DNA from: an uncultured Ignavibacteria bacterium
Lineage (GTDB): Bacteria > Bacteroidota > Ignavibacteria > Kapaibacteriales > Kapaibacteriaceae
Reading direction: 5' to 3'
Assembly: GCA_937870915.1 (NCBI GenBank)
Contig: CALMZQ010000020.1
Coordinates: 14,843-78,842, forward strand
Length of the DNA stretch: 64,000 nt
Every line of letters begins with the position of its first letter. The first letter of the stretch is position 1. Under the pieces are notes generated by a model that was not told where the DNA came from, searched no databases, and saw only the letters and a program-made list of their open reading frames with translations. The translations under genes were made by a program, and so were the position numbers. Positions 24,401-33,367 of this stretch are shown one piece after another.

Positions 24401-25981
24401 TTACAATGAGGAGATAAATGTCGAAAGTGAGTCGGATGCTGAAAGTCCGAGCTTCTTGCGGATACGTTGTCGATACTTCTCAATTGATCGAGGCTCAGTA
24501 TTAAGCAGACGGGCTATCTCCTTTGAGGAAAGGTCGATGCGAATCAGGGCGCATACCTTTCGTTCTGTTGGAGTGAGGGATGGGAAATGTTTTGATAGGT
24601 ACTGAAGTGACTCGCCGTGGAGGTTGGACAGCTGTTCCTCTATGCCATTCCAAAAGATGTCCGTACCAAGGGACGCGTCGATTTCCTTGATGATCATCGA
24701 GAAAACCTCCTTGTCATCGGCGTCGGCATCGCGTGCGAGTGAGCGCAACCGGCCCGACAAATCTCTCAGTCGAGCATTCGTTTCACCAATGGCTAAGGTC
24801 AGTTTCGAGAGTTCGGCCGTTCGCCTACGCGCTTCAGCTTCGAGCTCATGCGTGCGATCTCGTTCTCTCCGTAGCTCCTCAAGAGACCGTTCATGTGTAT
24901 GGCGCGCTTCAATCGCCCTCAGTTTTGAGGCAGAATCTAGGTCTATCACCGCGCGCTCAGAAGTAGTATATCGCTTATAGGCTTCGAGGGCCTGAGCAGG
25001 ATCTCCGAGCATCTCATACGCACGAGCAAGCTCGCGATTGATCTGGTAATTCAGCGTATGAATCGATCTGGATTCAATGATCTTCCTTGCCTCCTCAAAA
25101 CACTGAATGGCACTGCTGAGGTTATATCCTGTGTACCCAGATTCGGCATAGACCTGACCTAGGTTTCGTAAGGCAACGGCACGCGAGACATCTAATCCAC
25201 GTTGTTCAGACAAGGTTAGACACAACGTAAACGCCTCAACGGCAGCATCGTAGTGTTTAGATGCATTGCTAACGTCAGCCAGATTGAGATGATCAACACC
25301 AATGGATTCCTGAATCTGAATTTCAATTCGAGCATCAATTGGCACATCATCGCTCTTCTTGAGTTCGTTTAGTGCAGCACGATAGGCACTCAAAGCTTTG
25401 GTGTAGTTGTTCTTCTTGCTGTGCGTCATTCCTATACTTCGAAGCGCCAGAGCAGTCCTTGCTCGATCACCACGCATTCGCATGAGCTCTGCAGTACGCG
25501 TAAACCAGGAAAGTGCATCATCAAATTCACGATGGTTGAAGAACACCATACCAATGTTCCCCGAAGCAGCTGATGCTACTGCAACATCACCGAGTTTTTC
25601 GGCATCGCGCAACGCCTGCTGCAGCAAATCCATGGCTGCATCGAGATCACCTTGGATCATGAGATACCGACCAAGCTCTTGCCGTGTTCGCATCACAAGA
25701 ACAGCGTCTTCACATCGGTCCAATTCGTTGAGCAGAGGCCTAAGGATCTCCAGCGCCTCTACGGCTGACTCTCCACGTTCTAGGGTGGCTGCAAGTTGGA
25801 GGGCAGAACGTATCCAATGTGTACGCCATGTTGATCGATCTCGCTGAGCCCCCTTCATCCTGTCACGGGCCAGACGCACAGCAGCTGTTAGATTCTGGAC
25901 GGCCGTGTCTTCATTGCTCTCTGCAAGGGATAGGAGTTCGGCAAACCGCTCTGTATCGGTGGTTCGGGAGGCCATGACCAC
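24401..25981 (-). CDS. TPR-repeat transcriptional regulator with C-terminal LuxR/GerE HTH
   Basis: Multiple TPR-like helical repeats, a coiled-coil segment (ELRRERDRTHELEAEARRRTAEL) and a C-terminal LTPTERKVCALIRIDLSSKEIARLLNTEPRSIEKYRQRIRKKLGL. Confidence 0.8.
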   Translation of the reverse strand: MVMASRTTDTERFAELLSLAESNEDTAVQNLTAAVRLARDRMKGAQRDRSTWRTHWIRSALQLAATLERGESAVEALEILRPLLNELDRCEDAVLVMRTRQELGRYLMIQGDLDAAMDLLQQALRDAEKLGDVAVASAASGNIGMVFFNHREFDDALSWFTRTAELMRMRGDRARTALALRSIGMTHSKKNNYTKALSAYRAALNELKKSDDVPIDARIEIQIQESIGVDHLNLADVSNASKHYDAAVEAFTLCLTLSEQRGLDVSRAVALRNLGQVYAESGYTGYNLSSAIQCFEEARKIIESRSIHTLNYQINRELARAYEMLGDPAQALEAYKRYTTSERAVIDLDSASKLRAIEARHTHERSLEELRRERDRTHELEAEARRRTAELSKLTLAIGETNARLRDLSGRLRSLARDADADDKEVFSMIIKEIDASLGTDIFWNGIEEQLSNLHGESLQYLSKHFPSLTPTERKVCALIRIDLSSKEIARLLNTEPRSIEKYRQRIRKKLGLSASDSLSTFISSL

Positions 25982-26064
25982 AAACTACATCGGTTGGATT
26001 TCAATTGTACACCCAAACGCAACTTCTTGAAGGCTGGAACGCATAGGTTCTCCGCCTTTGTCCA

Positions 26065-26072
26065 TAGTTTTG
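26065..26072 (+). promoter_or_regulatory. -7 promoter box TAGTTTTG, 6 nt upstream of ATG 26079
   Basis: Exact TAnnTTTG. It favours the MRTLLLALVLIAGITAQAQE signal-peptide start. Confidence 0.5.
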
Positions 26073-26078
26073 TTGCTT

Positions 26079-27905
26079 ATGCGTACCCTCCTCCTTGCCC
26101 TCGTCCTGATCGCCGGAATCACCGCGCAGGCTCAAGAACCTCGTTATCGCGTTGACGTAGACCTCGCGAACGTCTTTGATGATCGCATCCGCATCTCCAT
26201 GTGGCCGCCACGAGTAGATGCCGATACTGCGCTTGTGATCTTCCCGGTTACTGTGCCTGGTACGTATGAAGAGCACAAGTGGTGGAAACTGGTGCGCAAC
26301 TTCCGCGCATTAGATTCATCACTCAAGGATCTCACTGTTCGCCGATCTGTTGACTCGCAGTTTGTTGTGGAGAATGCCAGGAACTTGCGCTTTATCTCAT
26401 ATGAACTTGAAGATTCATTCGATGATACTACCAGTGGCGTAGATGTGTTTGCACCGGCCGGGACAGACTTCGAAGCTGATAGCATCTTTGTTCTCAATCA
26501 CGGTGGCATCGTGTGTTTTGTTGATGGCAAACAACATGTGCCATTCCAAGTGAACATCAAACATCCGAAACATCTTTTTGGCGGATCAGCAATCAACATT
26601 GCACGAATCTCCGATACACTAGACACCTATCTCGCCGATACCTACGATCAACTTGTAGATAGTCCTGTGATGTATTCGCTTCCGGACACGGCAACATTCA
26701 TGGTTGAAGGCGTTCGAGTTCTTGTTCATTGCGCTCATGCCGGACGTGATACAGTAGCCCCTGCCTATGCCAAAGAACTTGCCCGACTCACCAAGACCAT
26801 CGGCAAGTTCCTTCCCTCAATGCCGGTAAATCATTATGCCTTCTTGCTCTATCTCTGGAAAGGCGATCGAACAAAGGTTGCCAACCCGGGCGGCATGGGT
26901 GCGCTAGAACACGGATACAGTTCGTTCTATTTTCTTGGTTTTCAGAAGCGTCCAATTGGACTGGGCGAGGTAGCCGTCCACGAATTCCTCCACATCTTGG
27001 TGCCCCTTAACCTTCATAGCGAAGAAATCGACTACTTTGATTTCCGCGCCCCGAAGATGTCGCAACATCTCTGGCTCTATGAAGGCACAACAGAGTACTT
27101 CTCTACACTTGCCCCCTTGCATGACTCCACAATCAAGGAGAATGCATTCCGCAAGGATATAGAGGGTAAGCTCAAGGACATGGATCGACTCGGAAAAGAC
27201 TTCTCCTTCACAGAGTTCTCGCGCGACGTACTCTCAAAGAAGGGGCAGCAACTCTACCCTATCGTCTACACTTACGGCGCAGTAAATGCCTTCCTGCTCG
27301 ATATCGTTATCAGAGAATCGTCAGGGGGCTCCATGGGTCTATTGGACGTAATCTATCGGCTCATGCAGGACTATGGTTCGTCTCGCCCCTTCCAAGACGA
27401 CTCGCTCTTCACCCTCATCGAACGCGTTACGAATGCCAAGGTCAGAGAGTATTGTGACAAGTACATCAAGGGCACAGACCGTCCACCCATCAAGGACATC
27501 CTTGCTCTCATTGGCTGGGACTATACTGCGGAGAAGGTCTCTAAGGCTCCTGGTTTTGGATTCAAGGGCGACTTCAGAATGGTTGATGGAAAGCCAGGAC
27601 TCTTCCTCACTGTGTCTGATCCTGCAAATCCAATGAAGATCGTAGATGGTGATCGTATCGTACGAATCGAAGGAATGACTCTACAAGAAGCCTTCCAATC
27701 TGAGGCTGGGCGTGCTGCACTTGAGAAGTTTCGTGTCTCTAAACTTGGCGACACACTTTCCATGGTAGTTCTTCGGGATGACAAAGAGGTGGAACTCAAG
27801 GGTACAGCTGAAATGGTCAACAAGGTGGAGCGGCATTTCATTGAGATCACCCCAACACCAACACCTGCTCAAACAGCTCTCAAGCGTGCAGTGTACTACG
27901 AATAG
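26079..27905 (+). CDS. M61 family (glycyl aminopeptidase-like) metallopeptidase with C-terminal PDZ domain
   Basis: Signal peptide, HEFLHIL zinc motif with downstream EGTTEYF, and a C-terminal PDZ-like segment (GDRIVRIEGMTLQE...). Confidence 0.75.
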   Translation: MRTLLLALVLIAGITAQAQEPRYRVDVDLANVFDDRIRISMWPPRVDADTALVIFPVTVPGTYEEHKWWKLVRNFRALDSSLKDLTVRRSVDSQFVVENARNLRFISYELEDSFDDTTSGVDVFAPAGTDFEADSIFVLNHGGIVCFVDGKQHVPFQVNIKHPKHLFGGSAINIARISDTLDTYLADTYDQLVDSPVMYSLPDTATFMVEGVRVLVHCAHAGRDTVAPAYAKELARLTKTIGKFLPSMPVNHYAFLLYLWKGDRTKVANPGGMGALEHGYSSFYFLGFQKRPIGLGEVAVHEFLHILVPLNLHSEEIDYFDFRAPKMSQHLWLYEGTTEYFSTLAPLHDSTIKENAFRKDIEGKLKDMDRLGKDFSFTEFSRDVLSKKGQQLYPIVYTYGAVNAFLLDIVIRESSGGSMGLLDVIYRLMQDYGSSRPFQDDSLFTLIERVTNAKVREYCDKYIKGTDRPPIKDILALIGWDYTAEKVSKAPGFGFKGDFRMVDGKPGLFLTVSDPANPMKIVDGDRIVRIEGMTLQEAFQSEAGRAALEKFRVSKLGDTLSMVVLRDDKEVELKGTAEMVNKVERHFIEITPTPTPAQTALKRAVYYE

Positions 27906-27923
27906 CCACGGCTCACTTCGGAG

Positions 27924-28523
27924 CTACTTACTCGACCATTCGGTGATCATTGCCTCTAGTTCTAATGGGGCTATCTGGGGCGTGTCATACATTCCGGCAG
28001 CCATACGCTGTCTCATTGCCTCGTAAAGCGAAACTGCGCAAGCAACGGAGATATTGAGCGACTGCACCATGCCCATCTGCGGGACAAGAAAATTTCCGTC
28101 AGCAGCTGTACGAGCTTCTTCGGTAACACCATCATGTTCATTGCCAAAAACGAGGGCAATGGGCTGGGTTAGATCGATGTCATGGAGCGAAATCGAGTCG
28201 GCCCCAAGATGCGTGGTATAGATCCGAAACCCTTTTGACCGGATTGCTGCATAACACTCTTGTACCGTCTCAAAGAGATGAATTGGTATCCACTTGAACG
28301 CCCCACCGGATGACTTCTGGCCAAGTCCAGGAAAGACTTGTCCGCCATTATAAATCGCAAACGCTTCTAACACTCCCACCGCATCACATGATCGAAGCAC
28401 TGCGCTTACGTTATGAAGATCGTGCACATTCTCAAACACCACGGTCAACGTCGGCTGCCGCCTCCGCAAAACGTGCTCAATGCGCGCCTTGCGCTCTGGT
28501 GTGATGATGGAGGGATTGGGCAA
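27924..28523 (-). CDS. trmH: tRNA (guanosine(18)-2'-O)-methyltransferase, SpoU/TrmH family
   Basis: RKARIEHVLRRRQPTLTVVFENVHDLHNVSAVLRSCDAVGV parallels the E. coli TrmH N-terminus. C-terminal SPOUT knot motif MVQSLNISVACAV. TTG start. Confidence 0.8.
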   Translation of the reverse strand: MPNPSIITPERKARIEHVLRRRQPTLTVVFENVHDLHNVSAVLRSCDAVGVLEAFAIYNGGQVFPGLGQKSSGGAFKWIPIHLFETVQECYAAIRSKGFRIYTTHLGADSISLHDIDLTQPIALVFGNEHDGVTEEARTAADGNFLVPQMGMVQSLNISVACAVSLYEAMRQRMAAGMYDTPQIAPLELEAMITEWSSK

Positions 28524-28527
28524 CCGT

Positions 28528-28599
28528 TAGTGTGCTAGTGTGCTAGTGTGCTAGAGTGTTAGACTGCTAGAGTGTTAGAATGCTAGAGTGTTAGAATGC
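28528..28599. repeat. nine tandem octamers TAGNRTGY (tagtgtgc x3, tagagtgt, tagactgc, tagagtgt, tagaatgc, tagagtgt, tagaatgc)
   Basis: Counted directly. The array fills most of the gap between the nuoD stop and the trmH start. Confidence 0.95.
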
Positions 28600-28610
28600 G
28601 AACTTTGGAA

Positions 28611-28634
28611 TTCGCTATTCGCTATTTGCTATTC
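28611..28634. repeat. second locus of the TTCGCTA heptamer family (3.4 units)
   Basis: ttcgcta ttcgcta tttgcta ttc, 5 nt beyond the nuoD stop. Same orientation relative to the upstream gene as at 10014-10075. Confidence 0.85.
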
Positions 28635-28639
28635 TGAGC

Positions 28640-29932
28640 TCACTTGTCTGCTTCGCCCATCACCGGATCGATACTTCCGATGATCGCCACCACGTCGGAG
28701 ACCATAGCGCCTTCGGCCATGAACTTCAGAGCTTGGAGGTTTGAGGATGACGGGGAGCGGATCTTGAGTTTCCATGGGTGGCCGGTGCCATCACTTACGA
28801 TGAAGAAGCCGAGTTCGCCCTTGGGAGATTCGATGGCCGTATATGTTTCACCAACCGGTGGCATGGTGCCAAAGTTGATGATCATGAAATCATTGATGAG
28901 CTCTTCCATCTTGGTGTAGATGTTGGCCTTGCGAGAAAGCACGGTTTGTGGCTGATCGTCGGCCAGCACGGGAGTGCGTGGCATAGACTCGAGCTTGTCG
29001 ATACATTGGTGACAGATCTTCATCGATTCCCAAATCTCAAGATCGCGCACCATGTAGCGGGAGTAGCAATCGCCATCGTTACGTGTGATAACGTCAAAGT
29101 CCACTTGATCGTAGAACATATACGGCTCGTCGCGGCGTAGGTCTCGGTTTACACCGGAACCACGAAGCGTAGCGCCGGAAAGACCGAGTTCAATGGCCTT
29201 CTCGGCCGAGATGTAGCCAGTTCCCGCCATACGGTCAACAAAGATGCGATTGCGGTTTACCAGGCGCTCAACCTCTGACATACGTTCAGGTAGCTGATTG
29301 AGCCAGGCGCGCGTATCACGAAGAACATCGTCGGAAAAGTCGTTGGCAACTCCGCCGATACGTGCAAAGCTTGTTGTAAACCGTGCACCGCACATGCGTT
29401 CGAAGAGATCGTATTGCTTTTCGCGCTCTGTGAATGTCCACAAGAAGACCGTCATTGCACCAACGTCCATGGACGTAGCACCCATTGCCAGCAGGTGGGA
29501 TGAGATACGGGCTAGTTCACTCACCAGCATGCGGATCCAAACGGCACGATCAGGAACGTGGATACCGGCGGCCTTTTCGATGGCCATGCAGATCGCAACG
29601 TTATTCGACATCGGAGAGATATAATCCAGCCGGTCCGTGTGTGGGATGAACTCGTGGTACGTGCAGTTCTCAGCGATCTTTTCAAAACCACGGTGCAGGT
29701 AACCCAGCTCTGGCACACATTTCACCACCGTCTCGCCATCCAGACGCAAGAGCACACGCAACACACCGTGCGTTGCCGGATGTTGAGGCCCCATGTTGAG
29801 AATCATATCGTTCTCAAGCGGGTCCTCGAACATCGCAACGGTGTCCTTATCCTGCACCTCGCGGAGGATCTTGCTCTGGCGAAGCTTCTCTACACGTTCG
29901 ATTGTGGCGGAATTCGAGACGGGAAGGCTCAT
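28640..29932 (-). CDS. nuoD: NADH-quinone oxidoreductase subunit D
   Basis: NMGPQHPATHGVLRVLLRLDGE near the N-terminus and IDPVMGEADK at the C-terminus. 430 aa. No other nuo genes lie adjacent. Confidence 0.9.
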   Translation of the reverse strand: MSLPVSNSATIERVEKLRQSKILREVQDKDTVAMFEDPLENDMILNMGPQHPATHGVLRVLLRLDGETVVKCVPELGYLHRGFEKIAENCTYHEFIPHTDRLDYISPMSNNVAICMAIEKAAGIHVPDRAVWIRMLVSELARISSHLLAMGATSMDVGAMTVFLWTFTEREKQYDLFERMCGARFTTSFARIGGVANDFSDDVLRDTRAWLNQLPERMSEVERLVNRNRIFVDRMAGTGYISAEKAIELGLSGATLRGSGVNRDLRRDEPYMFYDQVDFDVITRNDGDCYSRYMVRDLEIWESMKICHQCIDKLESMPRTPVLADDQPQTVLSRKANIYTKMEELINDFMIINFGTMPPVGETYTAIESPKGELGFFIVSDGTGHPWKLKIRSPSSSNLQALKFMAEGAMVSDVVAIIGSIDPVMGEADK

Positions 29933-29934
29933 GT

Positions 29935-29958
29935 TAGAATGCTAGAGTGGTAGAATAC
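29935..29958. repeat. three TAGNRTGY octamers immediately upstream of the nuoD ATG
   Basis: tagaatgc tagagtgg tagaatac. The 18-nt string tgttagaatgctagagtg (29932-29949) is identical to 28573-28590 on the other side of nuoD. Confidence 0.9.
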
Positions 29959-29976
29959 GGTTGTTCCAGACAGGCT

Positions 29977-29984
29977 CAAATTTA
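29977..29984 (-). promoter_or_regulatory. possible -7 box TAAATTTG, 44 nt upstream of nuoD ATG
   Basis: Exact TAnnTTTG on the minus strand. If real, the octamer repeats lie in the nuoD 5' UTR. A chance match is possible. Confidence 0.3.
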
Positions 29985-30003
29985 CGAAACATGGGGAAGG
30001 AGG

Positions 30004-30969
30004 CTACTTTCTACGGGAAAGAAGCCACTGGCGGATGCGTTCTGTGGCTACCGGCGATGGCCAATGCCCCCCATCGAATGGGACAAACAATGGCTGCATG
30101 CCGGCAGCTTCAAGAGCGTTCTTGATGCTCTCGCCCGTTTGGAACGGCACCACCGTGTCTTGTCGACCATGAGCAACCATGATGCCGAGATCAAATGACC
30201 GAAGTCCAGCATATCGCTCAAAGACCTTACCCTCAGGATACATGCTTGCACAAATGGAGACAACGGAGGAGAAGGCATCGGGGTGACGGGTCATAACAAC
30301 GTGACTATAAAATCCACCTTGTGAGAAACCTATCAGCGATGGCTTCTGCAAGGTATCTACTGGCAAGGTTCGCTGAGCATCCCGGATCACATCGTAATAC
30401 CAGTCGGCAGATAGAGTCACGGCCTCAGGTGAAACGGAATCACCGATTCCCATGGCATCAGCCATGGCGGTGTATCGAGGTGCTCCGGATGACATCGTCT
30501 CTGAAAGCTTTACGTACGGGGCTTCTGGGCAAATGAACATCGTACTGTCGAGTCTGAGTTCACGAGCCCAATTGAGCATCACTGAGGGTGAATTCCCGTT
30601 GCCATGAAAGAGAATCACGAGCGGATATCGGCGACCTCGCTGCATGCCTTCTGGGAGCATTACTCGGTACCTTCCAATCCGTCTCTGTGCGACAAATCTC
30701 CATTGCTCGCGATAGGTGTCTTGCGAATCCGACGGTAGTTGAACAGGCTGTATCGACACGGAAACTGGCGCTGTCGATGCAGAACGTGAAGGAGACTTCT
30801 GTACCTGACTCGGTTGTGGCTCTTGTATCACCAACTCCGCGGGGGGCTCTGGTACATTGAGAGTTGCCTTGGTAGCCGGCTTCTTGATCTTGCGCGGTGT
30901 TCCGTCCGCCGTTGCATGGAGACCTGCGCCGAGGAAAACGGCGAGAAAAAGTACATGGATGATTCTCAA
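30004..30969 (-). CDS. secreted alpha/beta hydrolase (phospholipase/carboxylesterase-like)
   Basis: LVILFHGNGNS, nucleophile elbow GFSQGG, and C-terminal ..HGRQDTVVP...GGH. ATG 31095 would overlap PPK2 by 130 nt. TTG 30969 (TTGA overlap with the PPK2 stop) gives a clean signal peptide, (M)RIIHVLFLAVFLGAGLHA. Confidence 0.7.
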   Translation of the reverse strand: MRIIHVLFLAVFLGAGLHATADGTPRKIKKPATKATLNVPEPPAELVIQEPQPSQVQKSPSRSASTAPVSVSIQPVQLPSDSQDTYREQWRFVAQRRIGRYRVMLPEGMQRGRRYPLVILFHGNGNSPSVMLNWARELRLDSTMFICPEAPYVKLSETMSSGAPRYTAMADAMGIGDSVSPEAVTLSADWYYDVIRDAQRTLPVDTLQKPSLIGFSQGGFYSHVVMTRHPDAFSSVVSICASMYPEGKVFERYAGLRSFDLGIMVAHGRQDTVVPFQTGESIKNALEAAGMQPLFVPFDGGHWPSPVATERIRQWLLSRRK

Positions 30970-31898
30970 CGGAGGAGCTCCTTTCGCGCCTTTCTCAGCG
31001 CGCTTGTTTGTTGTGGTGAGAGTGTTGGGTATGACAAGTTCAACGAGTCCATATGCGAATGAATGATCGTTGCCATGGCAACACGAGCATACCACTTGTC
31101 GTCAGCGGGAATAACGTACCACGGGCTATCAGCTGTAGAGGTTGCCGAAATTGCTTCCTCGTATGCGTCAAGATAGTCATCCCAATATGCACGCTCTTGA
31201 ACATCTCCAACAGAGAATTTCCAGTTCTTGCTTGGATCATCAATCCGATCTAGCAATCGCTTGCACTGTTCTTCCTTGGAAACGTGCAGAAAGAACTTTA
31301 CGACGAGGGTTCCACTTCCAACCACGATGTTTTCAAACTGGCGTATCATGTGGAGTCGTTCAGCCCAGAACTCCTTTGTGACGTCCGCGATCGAGTTGAT
31401 GCTCGGAAGATTTTCACGAAGCACGATCTCTGGATGAACACGGGATATCAGAACGTTTTCATAGTGCGAGCGATTAAAGATCCCGATCTCTCCCCTTGCA
31501 GGTAGCGCTCGGTAATGCCTCCACAGAAAGTCGTGATCGAGTTCCTCACTCGACGGTTGCTTGAACGACGTAACACGGACACCCTGCGGATTGAGTCCAG
31601 AAAGGATGTGTTTGACAGCCCCATCTTTTCCGGCAGCGTCCATCGCCTGAAGACAGATGAGCATGCCGTACTGATTGTGAGCGTATAGTTTGTCTTGTAA
31701 TACTGAAAGTCGCTCAACACTGAGGTCGAGTAGCCCCTTTGCCGTGTCCTTGGTAAAGAGCTTGCCACGATATGCGGTAGCTCGCTTTCGCAGATTTGCG
31801 GCCTTGCCATCTGCTACCTTGAGCTTATGCAGCTCACGTTCAAATGACCCCGCAATAGTGGCAATGTGAGCTTCAGCTGAAGTAGGTTCTTTTTGCAC
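30966..31898 (-). CDS. polyphosphate kinase 2 family protein
   Basis: LICLQAMDAAGKDGAVKHILSGLNPQGVRVTSFKQPSSEELDHDFLWRHYRALPARGEIGIFNRSHYE is the PPK2 Walker-A/lid signature. GTG start. Confidence 0.85.
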   Translation of the reverse strand: MQKEPTSAEAHIATIAGSFERELHKLKVADGKAANLRKRATAYRGKLFTKDTAKGLLDLSVERLSVLQDKLYAHNQYGMLICLQAMDAAGKDGAVKHILSGLNPQGVRVTSFKQPSSEELDHDFLWRHYRALPARGEIGIFNRSHYENVLISRVHPEIVLRENLPSINSIADVTKEFWAERLHMIRQFENIVVGSGTLVVKFFLHVSKEEQCKRLLDRIDDPSKNWKFSVGDVQERAYWDDYLDAYEEAISATSTADSPWYVIPADDKWYARVAMATIIHSHMDSLNLSYPTLSPQQTSALRKARKELLR

Positions 31899-31943
31899 AC
31901 TGCTGGGATTAGTTACAACTATCGATCCCTCTCTCTGTACCTC

Positions 31944-31987
31944 GTAACCAGTAACTAGTAACTAGTAACTAGTAACCAGTAACTAGT
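31944..31987. repeat. 6.3 tandem heptamers GTAACYA
   Basis: gtaacca gtaacta x3 gtaacca gtaacta gt, between the PPK2 start and the 3' end of tRNA-Leu. Confidence 0.95.
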
Positions 31988-31998
31988 CCTTCATCTTG

Positions 31999-32082
31999 TG
32001 GGCGAGGTGGGACTTGAACCCACACGTCCTTGCGAACACGGGCTTCTGAGACCCGCCTGTCTGCCAATTTCAGCACTCGCCC
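31999..32082 (-). tRNA. tRNA-Leu (anticodon CAG)
   Basis: The minus strand reads GGGCGAG...CTCGCCCA with a 7-bp acceptor stem. Anticodon arm CGGGT-CTCAGAA-GCCCG, long variable arm, T-loop GGGTTCAAGTCCC. Confidence 0.85.
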
Positions 32083-32091
32083 GAACCGCAG

Positions 32092-32178
32092 AGGAGAGGG
32101 AGGGATTCGAACCCTCGAAGGCATTGCTGCCTTAGCGGTTTTCGAGACCGCCCGATTCAACCACTCTCGCACCTCTCC
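32092..32178 (-). tRNA. tRNA-Ser (anticodon CGA)
   Basis: The minus strand reads GGAGAGG...CCTCTCC as acceptor stem. Anticodon arm GCGGT-CTCGAAA-ACCGC, long variable arm, T-arm GAGGGTTCGAATCCCTC. The 3' boundary is accurate to about 1 nt. Confidence 0.85.
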
Positions 32179-32203
32179 ATGGTATCACGTTTTGTGGGGG
32201 TCG

Positions 32204-32211
32204 CAAAGATA
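32204..32211 (-). promoter_or_regulatory. possible -7 box TATCTTTG, 25 nt upstream of tRNA-Ser
   Basis: Exact TAnnTTTG on the minus strand, upstream of the tRNA-Ser/tRNA-Leu pair. Confidence 0.35.
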
Positions 32212-32224
32212 GGAAGAAGGTTGT

Positions 32225-33352
32225 TTACAACGTTTCTTTCAGATTCAAATACGAAACGTATCGCTCTTCATCAATCTCGCCGGCCTCAACAGCTGCTTTT
32301 ACGGCACAGTGTGGCTCGTGTGTGTGTGAGCATGGAGCAAATTTGCAATTCGCTGCGTAGCTCGTGAATTCTTCAAAGTAAAACGGAAGTTCGCCTGCTT
32401 CGAGTTCGAAGATCCCAAACTCTCGAATGCCGGGTGAGTCCACAACGATACCTCCGCTCGGGAGCGGAATAACAAGGGATGCCGTGGTTGTGTGGCGCCC
32501 CTTCTCATATTTTTCGGAGATCGCTCCTACACGTTGACGAGCATCGGTAAAGCGGTTGATCATCGACGACTTTCCAACACCTGAAGGACCTGTAAGCAGT
32601 GTTGAACGTCCGGCAAGGATGTCCTGGAGTTCTTGCATACCCATGCCCGATTTCGCACTCAGGAAGATCACCGGTAACGCCAACTGTTCGATATAAACGT
32701 AGAGGTCGGCTTCAAAATCCGCGTAATACTGCGGGTCGATCAAGTCCATCTTATTGATCACTATGAATGGGGCTAGATCACCTTTGTCTGCCGCTATCAG
32801 ATAACGATCGATGAGACGCTTGTTGTAATCCGGGAGCGTGGCCGACATAACAATACCCAGCTGCTCAACATTGGCAACCAAGACCTGCTCCTTCTGCGTT
32901 TTACCAGCTGCCTTCCTCGATAACACAGTTGTACGGGGCTCTACCTTTACAATGTTGGCCGAAAGATCCCCTAACTCGGTTCGATGTGCGTCCGGCTCGA
33001 TCCACACAACATCGCCTACAACGATCATCGTGGAACTGTGCGACACATCAACAACACCGGAAACGCCACAGATCCAGAACTCTTGTTCAACGGCAACAAT
33101 CCAGTTTGGACCGATCGGCGTTGCTACGATCCCCCGTAAGCCCTTATGATCTATGACCTTCCCTTGCTTGATGCGCGTTTTTGTACGCTCAGCACGTTTT
33201 ACCCGCTCTCGTGTGCGTCCCTGATAGCTTATACCATCATCGTCAACAGGCGTGGGTTGTGAAGGTTTTCGTTGGGTCACTGGTTCGTTTGGTGTGAATG
33301 AAAGTTGACAGTAGGGGGCTTGCAGTTGTATCTTTAAGCTGATTGAATTCAA
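32225..33352 (-). CDS. rsgA: ribosome small-subunit-dependent GTPase A
   Basis: Circularly permuted GTPase motifs: NKMDL, LTGPSGVGKSSMINRF, GRHTTT, DSPGIREF. C-terminal zinc cluster CKFAPCSHTHEPHCAV. The basic N-terminal extension of about 70 aa depends on a TTG start and is uncertain. Confidence 0.85.
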   Translation of the reverse strand: MNSISLKIQLQAPYCQLSFTPNEPVTQRKPSQPTPVDDDGISYQGRTRERVKRAERTKTRIKQGKVIDHKGLRGIVATPIGPNWIVAVEQEFWICGVSGVVDVSHSSTMIVVGDVVWIEPDAHRTELGDLSANIVKVEPRTTVLSRKAAGKTQKEQVLVANVEQLGIVMSATLPDYNKRLIDRYLIAADKGDLAPFIVINKMDLIDPQYYADFEADLYVYIEQLALPVIFLSAKSGMGMQELQDILAGRSTLLTGPSGVGKSSMINRFTDARQRVGAISEKYEKGRHTTTASLVIPLPSGGIVVDSPGIREFGIFELEAGELPFYFEEFTSYAANCKFAPCSHTHEPHCAVKAAVEAGEIDEERYVSYLNLKETL

Positions 33353-33367
33353 ATTAACAGGATCAAG

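Noticed and set aside
24202-24483. 93-aa ORF (..VIPSFRHSVTPSLCHPVIPSFRHSVIPSFRH..), and its look-alike at 2937..3200 (..RHTVIPSYRHSVIPSFRH..)
   Set aside because: Both are translations of the stop-free strand of the ATGACGG octamer arrays, giving an 8-aa periodic peptide from 8-nt units read over 24 nt. There is no independent coding signal, and they overlap real gene ends or promoters.
31969-32212. ORFs 31969..32172 (-) and 32030..32212 (+)
   Set aside because: They lie entirely over the tRNA-Leu and tRNA-Ser genes, so they are spurious.
31899-32224. Genomic island or integrated element next to tRNA-Leu/tRNA-Ser
   Set aside because: There is no integrase, no direct repeat of a tRNA 3' end, and no phage or conjugation genes on either side. 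Flanking genes are PPK2 and rsgA.
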